Shown here: piece by piece, positions 16,645-24,856 of the stretch | Position numbering within the stretch: the stretch's first letter is position 1 | How the letters are laid out: each line of letters opens with the position of its first letter | NCBI GenBank assembly: GCA_964528065.1 | Contig: CAZGRD010000003.1 | Location: 1-37,984, forward strand | Origin: an uncultured Candidatus Saccharibacteria bacterium | GTDB lineage: Bacteria > Patescibacteriota > Minisyncoccia > UBA6257 > GWB1-50-10 | Reading direction: 5' to 3' | Length of the DNA: 37,984 nucleotides | The notes under the pieces: model-generated | Seen by the model: only the letters and a program-made list of their open reading frames with translations | Database searches by the model: none | Told to the model about the DNA's origin: nothing | Translations under genes and position numbers: made by a program

Positions 16645-18258
16645 TCAATTGAGGATTATTTTTACCTTGTCGGGGTCCACCGGCACCCTGTTCACCCAGA
16701 AGGGCCAGAGAGAAATGTTCGCCCGCTCCAAGCCGGAAAGGAAAAAGACGGTCTTCCTCAGTTCCTCTTCGTTCTGACCGGCGAATTCCTGCTTCAGTTC
16801 TTCAACGTTAAGGTCCGGCTCAAAAACCACCTCCCCTTCAACCGGAAAAACCACCGAAGTTTCGGCAAAATCAATATTTGCCTCGCCGTAATCTATCGAA
16901 AATTCTTTCACCCTCGTACCGGGGTCAACGGTTTTCTGAGCGTCGGAAACAACGGCGCCTTTTAACATTTCTTCCTCAAAAACAAGGTAGCGAAGCTCGG
17001 CCTCGGCAAAAATGCGGAAAGTTCCTTCGTCGCCGCCCGTCTCGATTTTTTCGGTCAAAACGTCGAACTCCCGGGCATTCGGAAAAACCTTGAATTTATC
17101 GGAGAGCAAAATAAGCACCTGAGCTTCGAGAACTCCTTCCAAGTCCGAAAACAATTTCGTTTTCCCTTTGCTTATGTCTTCTTCGGTCGGCACGGCTTCT
17201 TCCCCTACGAAACCGCCGCTCATCGCTTCAACGGAGTCGGCATAAAAACCTTCGTACCGCGGGTCGCCTTTAAATCCGGGAATCCGCCAGTATTTTTCCG
17301 AAGCGATGTTGTAATCTTCGCCCGCTTCGCCAGCCGTAACTTTTACGCTGATTTTGGATGGGACAATTTTCCCGTTCTCGATTTTCGCGCCGGGAATGGT
17401 CATCCGTTCGTCGAGGCGAAATATTTTCCCGCTCGGAGAAAGAAACCTAGTTGTCGCGACAAGCACCTGGGATTCGGAACTGTAAGCGTTGTAAACCGTA
17501 AGAATGCCTTTTGCTCTTCGTTCGACTTTTTCCCGGCCGGAAGCGGGAAAACTCAAACTCAAGTTTCCTTTCGCTTTGAGAAGTTCGGCGGGAAGAATCA
17601 TTTTCGTCCCCTGAGCGGCGGCAACCTGATGGTCGATTGTCGCCTCCACTTCGTAAGCGAAAGTGACCGGAACTTTTTTGAGAATCATCTCCACGGTCGC
17701 TTTGGGCAGAATGCGGTTTGCGGCAAACGCGCCGCCTGCGACGACCAAAACCACCAGAGCGAAAGAAAAGGCTCTTTTCAAAATCCGATGCCTTTTGTTG
17801 TTTCTGAAAGCTTTTTTGGCCTCAGCCGGCAAAACTATCTTTTTGAACTCGAGAAGCGTTTCTTCTTCCTCTTCTTCCTCTTCCGCAGATTCTTCTTCCG
17901 TAACTTCTTCTGCGGCCTCTTCTTCTTCGGCACTTACCTCCGGTATTCTTCTGAACGCCGGTTTCGGCAGAATGTCGGAAATGACTCTTTCCCTCCGCCT
18001 GAAAACAGGGTTAAAGGCCTTAATTTTAGCGAGAGCCGCAAGCTCCAAAGTCCTGTCGTCAACCGATTCAATATGGAGTTCCTTATCCGCCGTCAAACTT
18101 TCTCTTCTTAAAACATGAAAATTATTTACCGATGAGGCCAGGACCGAATCGCGGGGAATATTCAAAACGACGATATGGCTCTTGGCTTCAATCAGCCGGT
18201 GAACGGCAACGTCAAGGTCTTCGTTTTTATCGAGAAAGAATTTTTTTTCGGTTTTCAT
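16645..18258 (-). CDS. Hypothetical single-pass membrane protein (cytoplasmic N-domain, poly-Glu linker, large external beta-rich domain)
   Basis: 537-aa ORF. Acidic run is SAEEEEAAEEVTEEESAEEEEEEEE. The one hydrophobic helix is AFSFALVVLVVAGGAFAA. I recognise no catalytic motif. Confidence 0.55.
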   Translation of the reverse strand: MKTEKKFFLDKNEDLDVAVHRLIEAKSHIVVLNIPRDSVLASSVNNFHVLRRESLTADKELHIESVDDRTLELAALAKIKAFNPVFRRRERVISDILPKPAFRRIPEVSAEEEEAAEEVTEEESAEEEEEEEETLLEFKKIVLPAEAKKAFRNNKRHRILKRAFSFALVVLVVAGGAFAANRILPKATVEMILKKVPVTFAYEVEATIDHQVAAAQGTKMILPAELLKAKGNLSLSFPASGREKVERRAKGILTVYNAYSSESQVLVATTRFLSPSGKIFRLDERMTIPGAKIENGKIVPSKISVKVTAGEAGEDYNIASEKYWRIPGFKGDPRYEGFYADSVEAMSGGFVGEEAVPTEEDISKGKTKLFSDLEGVLEAQVLILLSDKFKVFPNAREFDVLTEKIETGGDEGTFRIFAEAELRYLVFEEEMLKGAVVSDAQKTVDPGTRVKEFSIDYGEANIDFAETSVVFPVEGEVVFEPDLNVEELKQEFAGQNEEELRKTVFFLSGLERANISLWPFWVNRVPVDPDKVKIILN

Positions 18259-18269
18259 ATGTTATACGG

Positions 18270-19409
18270 TCAGTGTTTTGCCGTAAGCCACCTTGCCCTC
18301 CGGGCAAGAAGGTCGTTCAAGAATCCATACTGGGGCGGGGAATAAACGTGAGTGATGAAGGCAAGAACGTTATCGGCGTTTAAAAACGGCGCGCTTTCTT
18401 GATTCATTATAACACCGTAACCCTGCTCTGTAAGCAAATTTTTGAAATTAACGAGTTTCATCCGGGGTCCGAGAAATTTGCCGACAAGCACTGACGGCAA
18501 ATTGAAACCGAAGTAAAAATCGGGCTGCCGGCCCCGCCCTCCCGACCTGGGAAGAAGTTTCAATAAATTCTGAATTTCTTCCCTTATCATGCCCTCTATC
18601 GCTTTTTTTATCTTTCCGGAGGGCGGTTCTTTATCGAGGGACAGGAGAATTTCGGCGGCGACGCCGGTCGAAACACCGAAGAAAACGGCGATTTTTCTCA
18701 AAATCAGGCCGCTTCCCCACGGCAAAACCTTCAGGTGAAGCCAGTCCTCTTCGCCGTTTGCGAAAACGTTGGTGGCTTTGTCGCCGACGAGAACGAAATA
18801 ATCGGAAGGCGGCGGAACCGAAAGCCCGAGAATCCCGCCGCTCTCGACAAGAATCTTTTCCCTTCCCCAATGCTCCATTTTCTCGATGAGCGCCTCGAGG
18901 TCCCGGTGGATGAAAGTTCCCCGATAGCGGAAATAAAGGTTCGCGCCTTTAAAGCCTTGCGGATTAAAAACCCGGGATTGCCCCAAAGAAACTTCCCTTA
19001 TTTCGGCTCCGGCAAGAATCAAATCCAGGTCGTGAGCGCCGAGTTTCTTCGAAACCGTGCCCCGGTAACGATTCAAAAACTCCCAAAGACCGCGGAAAAC
19101 GAGAGTGTCGATTTCGGTCTCGCTGATCGGTTCGTCCGGCTCGCTTCTTTTTAAATGAATTGTGCTTTCAATCGTAACGGCTTTATCCGACCCCACCGCC
19201 AGAATCACTTTATCGACGGGAAAAAGAGGTTTTTTGATTCCTTCGAAATTCTCAACGAAACCCGTGCCGTAAACGTTTATTTTTTTATCCTTGTTTCTGA
19301 TTTTTGCCCTGGTCACGCCAAAGCCGAAGCCGAGATCTTCTATAACCAAAAAGGACTCCTGCTCTCTTTTCGGCAGTTTCTTCAATCTATCGAAAAGTTC
19401 GCCAACCAC
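18270..19409 (-). CDS. Hypothetical protein, possibly a divergent FtsA/PilM-like actin-fold protein
   Basis: 379-aa ORF with a GTG start. Segment order resembles FtsA/PilM: FLVIEDLGFGFGV..; ..SRVFNPQGFKGANLYFRY..; ..YFVLVGDKATNVF..LPWGSGLILRKIA... Canonical DxG/GGGT phosphate motifs are not conserved. Confidence 0.35.
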   Translation of the reverse strand: MVGELFDRLKKLPKREQESFLVIEDLGFGFGVTRAKIRNKDKKINVYGTGFVENFEGIKKPLFPVDKVILAVGSDKAVTIESTIHLKRSEPDEPISETEIDTLVFRGLWEFLNRYRGTVSKKLGAHDLDLILAGAEIREVSLGQSRVFNPQGFKGANLYFRYRGTFIHRDLEALIEKMEHWGREKILVESGGILGLSVPPPSDYFVLVGDKATNVFANGEEDWLHLKVLPWGSGLILRKIAVFFGVSTGVAAEILLSLDKEPPSGKIKKAIEGMIREEIQNLLKLLPRSGGRGRQPDFYFGFNLPSVLVGKFLGPRMKLVNFKNLLTEQGYGVIMNQESAPFLNADNVLAFITHVYSPPQYGFLNDLLARRARWLTAKH

Positions 19410-19427
19410 TATGTTAGTAGTATAGCC

Positions 19428-19973
19428 CTAACGAACGAGCGCCACAATGCTCGAAGGTACGCTGTTTCTTTTTCCCTTATTGAGATAAAAATCAATCCGC
19501 CCCCCGAAATATTTTTCGGCCTGGGCAATCGTTCTGGCTGGCGGTTTGCCCGCGACGTTCGCCGACGGCGCGACGAGCGGTCCGGTCTTTTTCAAAAATC
19601 CGCGAAGCCGTCCGTTGCGGGGCAGACGAAAAGCAATCGCCCCCGTGCCGCGATGAATGTAAAAAAACTTCTTGCCCTTCACCGGTAAAATCACGCTTAC
19701 CGGTCCGGGTTTATCCCGAGTTTCGCCGAGGGACCAGAGCACTTTAAGAATTACGAGGTGCTCTTCGCTTATCTTCACGCCGAATTTTTTCAAATCGTCC
19801 AAAGACGATATCAAAACAATGAACGGTTTCCCCTTCTCCCGCTCTCTTACCCGATAAATTCTCTCGACCGCTGCCCTGGAAAGAACCGAGCCAACCAGAC
19901 CGTAAACGGTATCGGTCGGCATTACCCCGATGCCGCCCTTTTTCAATATCTTCACTATTTCTCTGGATTTCAT
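19428..19973 (-). CDS. tsaC: L-threonylcarbamoyladenylate synthase (TsaC/YrdC family)
   Basis: YrdC-domain signatures GGIGVMPTDTVYGLVG and PLVAPSANVAGKPPA. 181 aa. Confidence 0.85.
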   Translation of the reverse strand: MKSREIVKILKKGGIGVMPTDTVYGLVGSVLSRAAVERIYRVREREKGKPFIVLISSLDDLKKFGVKISEEHLVILKVLWSLGETRDKPGPVSVILPVKGKKFFYIHRGTGAIAFRLPRNGRLRGFLKKTGPLVAPSANVAGKPPARTIAQAEKYFGGRIDFYLNKGKRNSVPSSIVALVR

Positions 19974-20036
19974 TGTCTGACTCGTTTAATTTGCTTCTAA
20001 TTTATTAATCATAATGCCTTTCTCTAAAAACGAAAA

Positions 20037-20060
20037 GGTGGTATACTTAAGTAGACCACC
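20037..20060. promoter_or_regulatory. 24-bp near-perfect palindrome (site A), candidate operator at the 5' end of the HTH gene
   Basis: GGTGGTATACTTAAGTAGACCACC, with one mismatch to perfect dyad symmetry. Preceded by TTCTCTAAAAAC (20020..20031). Contains TATACT 14 nt before the ATG at 20062. Confidence 0.6.
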
Positions 20061-20061
20061 T

Positions 20062-20385
20062 ATGTCGAAAACCAGCAGGAAAAACTTTGACGGGGAATTT
20101 AGAAAAGAAATTTGGAAAGTTTTCTGGGCGGAAATCGCAAGAGCGAGAAAAACCGGTCCGGCCGGTTTCCTCTCGCGGTTCCTAACCGAAGAAGAACGAA
20201 TTGTTCTGGAAAAAAGACTGGCCGCTCTCTATTTTTTGAAACGCGGTGAGAGTTTGAGAGAAACCGGCAAAAAAGCCGACGTCGCCAAAAAAACCGTAAT
20301 TTTCATCAAGCGCGGCTTGAAACAGCTAAATTACAAAAGGAGAGTTTATTCAAAAACTCCCGGAAAGAGCAAGCTCAAACAGTAG
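20062..20385 (+). CDS. TrpR/YerC-YecD-like helix-turn-helix protein
   Basis: FLTEEERIVLEKRLAALYFLKRGESLRETGKKADVAKKTVIFIKRGLKQLNY matches the layout of the TrpR-related YerC/YecD family. The ORF-track start at 20014 would place the palindrome inside the coding sequence, so I prefer the in-frame ATG at 20062 (107 aa). Confidence 0.6.
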   Translation: MSKTSRKNFDGEFRKEIWKVFWAEIARARKTGPAGFLSRFLTEEERIVLEKRLAALYFLKRGESLRETGKKADVAKKTVIFIKRGLKQLNYKRRVYSKTPGKSKLKQ

Positions 20386-20440
20386 CCCAAGTCCTATAGG
20401 ACAGGGCGCTGGGATTCTCTAAAAACCAAACAAATCCAAG

Positions 20441-20464
20441 GGTGGTATACTTAAGTATACCACC
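20441..20464. promoter_or_regulatory. 24-bp perfect palindrome (site B), second operator copy and/or bidirectional terminator hairpin
   Basis: GGTGGTATACTTAAGTATACCACC. Preceded by TTCTCTAAAAAC (20415..20426). Lies in the convergent spacer between the HTH gene and alaS. On the minus strand it is followed by CTTGGATTTGTTTGGTTTTTAG (U-rich). Confidence 0.6.
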
Positions 20465-20502
20465 TTACCTTACCAAAGCGCGGCGCAAGAGTGATTTGTC
20501 TG

Positions 20503-22206
20503 CTATTCAACGGTTGCTCTGATTCTACGGACGCCGGCTGACGACGCTTCTTCTTTAATAATTTTGAATTTGCCGATTTCGTCGGTGTGGGTCACGTGAG
20601 GCCCGCCGCAAAATTCCTTGCTCCAGGCACTCTCGAGCGTTTTCCCGACATAGTAAACTTTCACCCGGTCCGGATACTTGCCTTTGAAAAAATGGAGAGC
20701 GCCGGTTTTTTCCGCCTCTTCCTTCGACATCTCCTTAAAACCAACCGGCAAGTCTTCCTTTATTTTCTCGTTAACCAGCTTCTCCGCCTTTTCGATTTCC
20801 TCTTTCGTCATTTTCCGCGGAAAAGTAAAGTCAAACCGTGTCCGCTCGATCGTAATGTCCGAACCGCGCTGGGCAACTTCCGGCCCCAGCACTTCCCGGA
20901 GCGCCTGATTCAATAAGTGAGTGGCGGTATGGAGCCGTGTCACTTTTTTCAGTTCTTCCCCGTCCCCGGCTTTTAGTTCACCGGTGTCCAAAACGAGGCC
21001 GTGGCCGCCGAACTTTTTTTCCTGACCGGCCCGCGATATTTCCTGATGCTTCTCGAATTCCTTGTCGAAATCTTCACGGCGAAGCTTCTTGGCCTTATCT
21101 CCGCCCAGCTCTTTTATAATCTCGTAAGGCAAACCGTAACTCGAAAAAATGTTGAAAGCCCTTTCAACGTCCAAATCTTCTGTTTTTTTGAGTTCCCTTA
21201 ACCCGATCTCCAGAGTTTTTTCGAAACGCTCCTTTTCGGCGTTAAATTCCTCAAGTACTACTTCACCGTTAAGTTCGGAATAAAAAGCTTCGTAGTTTTC
21301 GAAAACCTCATCAAAAACATGCTGAGGATCAATCGTGTTGCCGGCAAGATAGAAATGGGTAACGAGACGGCGAATCAGCCGGCGCAGAATGTACCCCGCT
21401 TCCTTGTTTGAAGGACGCACCCCGTCGGAGAGAAGAAAAGCGATGCCTCGGCTGTGGTCGGCTAAAATCCGCTTCGTTTTCTCGTTAAGTTTCTCCGGCA
21501 GAAATTTCATGAGTGGCTTGAACAAGTCCGTCTCAAAAATTGTCGGCACGTTTTGCGAGACCATCGCAAGCCGCTCCAGGCCCATCCCCGTATCCACGCC
21601 CGGCGTTTTCAGTTTTTCCAAACCGCGAGGCGAACTGTAGTATTCGTTGAAAACAATGTTCCAAATCTCCACGCCGCGAACGTAAACTTCCGTCGTCGGC
21701 CCGCAGGGTCCCTCACTGCCGGTCGGCCCCCAAAAGTTATCTTCCCGTCCGAATTTTCTCACGTCGGTAACGCCCAAAGCGCGCCAAACCTTTTCCGATT
21801 CCTTATCGGGCGGCACGTCATCGTCTCCTTTAAAAACGCTCACGTAATCTATTGGGAGCTTCATCTCCTTGGTGATGAATTCGTAGGCATATTCTATCGC
21901 TTCTTTTTTGAAATAGCCGCCAAAAGAAAAATTGCCGAGCATCTCGAAAAAAGTGAGGTGAGATTCGTCGCCAACTTCGTCGATGTCCGAAGTCCGGAAC
22001 GATTTCTGAATCGAGGCCGTGTTCTTACTTCCGAAATCCTTCACCGGGTCGAGTTCGCCGGTAAAGTGCCGTTTGAACTGCTGCATACCGGCGGTGGTCA
22101 AAAGTACCGAAGGGTCGTCGGGAATAAGCGAGGAAGAAAGCACGATTGCGTGTTCCTTTCTTTCAAAAAATTCCAGAAAAAGTTTTCTTATTTTTTCCGA
22201 ATTCAT
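20503..22206 (-). CDS. alaS: Alanine--tRNA ligase, compact form (catalytic plus editing core, no C-Ala domain)
   Basis: N-terminus is IRKLFLEFFERKEHAIV.SSSLIP.DPSVLLTTAGMQQFK. Also DTGMGLERLA, editing-site HTATHLLNQAL and FCGGPHV. The protein ends at GVRRIRATVE (567 aa). Confidence 0.88.
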   Translation of the reverse strand: MNSEKIRKLFLEFFERKEHAIVLSSSLIPDDPSVLLTTAGMQQFKRHFTGELDPVKDFGSKNTASIQKSFRTSDIDEVGDESHLTFFEMLGNFSFGGYFKKEAIEYAYEFITKEMKLPIDYVSVFKGDDDVPPDKESEKVWRALGVTDVRKFGREDNFWGPTGSEGPCGPTTEVYVRGVEIWNIVFNEYYSSPRGLEKLKTPGVDTGMGLERLAMVSQNVPTIFETDLFKPLMKFLPEKLNEKTKRILADHSRGIAFLLSDGVRPSNKEAGYILRRLIRRLVTHFYLAGNTIDPQHVFDEVFENYEAFYSELNGEVVLEEFNAEKERFEKTLEIGLRELKKTEDLDVERAFNIFSSYGLPYEIIKELGGDKAKKLRREDFDKEFEKHQEISRAGQEKKFGGHGLVLDTGELKAGDGEELKKVTRLHTATHLLNQALREVLGPEVAQRGSDITIERTRFDFTFPRKMTKEEIEKAEKLVNEKIKEDLPVGFKEMSKEEAEKTGALHFFKGKYPDRVKVYYVGKTLESAWSKEFCGGPHVTHTDEIGKFKIIKEEASSAGVRRIRATVE

Positions 22207-22292
22207 GCCAAATTTATTAAAATTTGCGAACCTTTGGTGAAGTAAATTTTACCATAAATTTGAGCACTCTGAGGCGCACCGAAGAGTTACCT
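22207..22292 (-). repeat. 86-bp cassette, copy 3 (upstream of alaS), the divergent copy
   Basis: Same length and same register relative to the ATG. TGGTAAAAT at 22254..22246. Inverted repeat at 22209..22262 with three compensatory pair changes relative to copies 1 and 2. The stop codon of the upstream gene (22287..22289) lies inside the cassette. Confidence 0.8.
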
Positions 22293-23639
22293 GTTATTCA
22301 CTATGAGAACCTTAAGCTCGGCGAGCATTATTTTGGCGCTCCTGATTTCGGAGACGGTGTCCGCTTCAAGAACGGTCTTCTCGGCCCGGTCGAAAAGTTC
22401 ATAAATTTCCGTCGCTACCTCCCGGGTTATGTTTTTAGCTCTTGCGACATTCACCAAATCGTCGAACTGAATCCTCAAAGAAAGGTTGTCTTCCTTAATT
22501 TCCTTCTTCAAGCGGGTTTGGCTCAAACCGTTTTGGGCGGCGGCTTGGGCCGCGGCCGCCTGGCCGAAAGCCGTTGCGAGCTGTCCTTCGCCCATAAGAT
22601 TGCCCGCCTGGGTGAGATAAAATTCCGCTCTTTCCAGGAGCTCGCCGACCGATTTCGAAGAAACATATTCGTCCGACGAAATTCTCGTCTTCAGTTCTTC
22701 TGTCGCTTTTTCGGCTTCGTAAATCAGTTTGGTAAGCGACTCTTCTTCAACCACGCCGCCGTTGCCGTTCTGGAAAGTGCTCTGACGAACGATATTTAGT
22801 TCGCTTTTCAGGTCGCCGTCGGATATTCTTTCTCTTATTTCGTCGAAAATACCGAGGTCGGCGGCGTCTTTTACGGGCAGGAAGTCGAGATGAGGCGTTA
22901 TTTCTTCCGGCTCCGCCTTGAATCGCCCCTCAAAAATAGAAGTCAAATCGGTTTCCAATTCCCTGATTTTATCCTTGATTCCGTCCGGTACTTTTCCTTC
23001 GATATAGTTCAAAACATAAACAACTCGAAGTTCTTTCAGGGGATTTTCCTTGAGAGCAAACAAAACATTTTCCACCCGGGTCTTGAATTCGTCGGGCGAA
23101 TCGAACTTGGTTACCGCCTCGGCAACCGCAGTCTCGAGTTCTGTCCTTGCGGCGGCAAGTTCCTCTTTGACCCCGGCAACGCCCTCGAGGTCGCTGAAAA
23201 CCTCTTCATGTTTGACAATCCGGTCCATAAGAGCGTCCAAGAGTCGGTCTACGTTTTCGTTCCCGCTCTTATCACTAAGAGAAGAAATTCTCTGCCGCAA
23301 CCGCTCGGCGTTCTCTTTGTAATTTTGAAGAGCGAGAATCAAGCCTTTTTCGTTTTCTTTTTCCTCCAGGGCTTTGATTTCGGCCGCGATTTCGTTCAAA
23401 ACTTCCGTCTCAAAAGACGCCTTTCTCTCGTTGCCGAACGAAAAAAACCGCCGGATTCCCCGCTGCCAATTCTTCAGAAAGTAAAGCGCGTCTCCCGGCA
23501 GAAGCTTCGGCTCTTTAAGCCCCAAATCCTCAAAAGTTATACCGCTCCCGCTTTCGTCTCCCTCGTGAGCAACCGCACTGAAAGGAACGGCGATAAGGAT
23601 AAGACCGAATATCAAAACCGAAAGAAAAAGTTTCTTCAT
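22287..23639 (-). CDS. Secreted all-helical hypothetical protein (possibly DUF5667-like)
   Basis: Signal peptide MKKLFLSVLIFGLILIAVPFSAVA. LPGDALYFLKNWQRGIRRFF segment. Long E/K/L-rich helical sequence. Sits 3 nt after the rpoD stop. Confidence 0.5.
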   Translation of the reverse strand: MKKLFLSVLIFGLILIAVPFSAVAHEGDESGSGITFEDLGLKEPKLLPGDALYFLKNWQRGIRRFFSFGNERKASFETEVLNEIAAEIKALEEKENEKGLILALQNYKENAERLRQRISSLSDKSGNENVDRLLDALMDRIVKHEEVFSDLEGVAGVKEELAAARTELETAVAEAVTKFDSPDEFKTRVENVLFALKENPLKELRVVYVLNYIEGKVPDGIKDKIRELETDLTSIFEGRFKAEPEEITPHLDFLPVKDAADLGIFDEIRERISDGDLKSELNIVRQSTFQNGNGGVVEEESLTKLIYEAEKATEELKTRISSDEYVSSKSVGELLERAEFYLTQAGNLMGEGQLATAFGQAAAAQAAAQNGLSQTRLKKEIKEDNLSLRIQFDDLVNVARAKNITREVATEIYELFDRAEKTVLEADTVSEIRSAKIMLAELKVLIVNNR

Positions 23640-23642
23640 ATC

Positions 23643-24851
23643 TCAATAACCTTCAAGTTTTTTCGCTTCATGATGCTGTCTGATTCTTTCAAGCGACTTG
23701 GCTTCAATCTGACGAATTCGTTCGCGGGTGACGCCGAAAACCTTTCCCACTTCTTCAAGGGTGTGAGTAATATTATCCTCAAGACCGAACCTCATCGAAA
23801 GTATTTTTTGTTCGCGCTCCGTAAGGTCGTTCAAAATCCCCCGGATTTGGTCCCGTAGAAGCGCCTGGCTCGCCAGCTGGTCGGGACTCAAACTGGATTC
23901 GTCTTTGATGAAATCCGACAAAGTGGAGTCTTCGCCTTCATCTCCGACCGGCGACTCGAGAGATATCACTTCCTGGGAAATTTTCTGGATGTAGCGGATT
24001 TTTTCGACATCGAGACTCATTTCGGTCGCGACTTCCTCCGGAAGCGGCTCGCGGCCCAGCTCCTGCATCAGGCGCCGCTTGGCCTGGGTGTATTTGGTAA
24101 TCGTTTCAACCATATGAACCGGAATCCTGATGGTCCGGGAATAATCGGCAAGGGCCCGGGTTATTGCCTGCCGAATCCACCAAGTGGCATAGGTGGAAAA
24201 CTTGAAACCTTTTTTGTAGTCGAACTTATCAACCGCCCGGGAAAGACCGATGTTCCCTTCCTGAATCAAATCGAGAATGGAAAGATGGGGACTGCGATTC
24301 ACGTAGCGTTTGGCAAGCGAAACCACAAGCCTTAAGTTTGCCTGCACCAGTTTTTTCCTTGCCATTTCGTCTCCTCTTTCAATCCTTTTAGCAAGTTCTT
24401 TTTCCTCTTTGGAAGTAAGAAGGGGGGTACGGCCTATTTCCTTCAGGTACATTTGGACGGCATCGGGCAGGTCCGGCTCAAGCCGGGTCGCGTCGGTGAG
24501 CTCCTTGGCGCTTATGTCCTCCACGCCGCCGGTCATAATCGAGCCCGATTCCCTTACCTTAATGCCCTCCTTATCGAGCCGGTCGTAAACCTTCTCGAGA
24601 AACGAGAGATTTTTTTCAATGTTGGGAAAATAATTCAGCACCTCCGCATCGGTCAAAAACCCCCTTACCCGACCCCGCTCGACGAGATACTGGAGCGATT
24701 CTTCGAAGTCTTCCGGCGGTTTCTTCTCGATTCTCTTCCGCTTTGGAACTTTCTTTAAATGCTTTCTGTTCTTGGTTCTGGTTTTCTTCCTTCTCGCCGT
24801 TTTCTTCCTTTTTATCGTCTTTGTCTTTTTTCTCTTTACGGTTTTCTTCAT
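23643..24851 (-). CDS. rpoD: Primary RNA polymerase sigma factor (sigma-70 family) with a polybasic N-terminus
   Basis: Region 2 is [16 protein letters not shown]. Region 4.2 HTH is [24 protein letters not shown]. The N-terminal 45 residues are almost entirely K/R/T. Confidence 0.9.
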   Translation of the reverse strand: MKKTVKRKKTKTIKRKKTARRKKTRTKNRKHLKKVPKRKRIEKKPPEDFEESLQYLVERGRVRGFLTDAEVLNYFPNIEKNLSFLEKVYDRLDKEGIKVRESGSIMTGGVEDISAKELTDATRLEPDLPDAVQMYLKEIGRTPLLTSKEEKELAKRIERGDEMARKKLVQANLRLVVSLAKRYVNRSPHLSILDLIQEGNIGLSRAVDKFDYKKGFKFSTYATWWIRQAITRALADYSRTIRIPVHMVETITKYTQAKRRLMQELGREPLPEEVATEMSLDVEKIRYIQKISQEVISLESPVGDEGEDSTLSDFIKDESSLSPDQLASQALLRDQIRGILNDLTEREQKILSMRFGLEDNITHTLEEVGKVFGVTRERIRQIEAKSLERIRQHHEAKKLEGY

Positions 24852-24856
24852 GGTTT

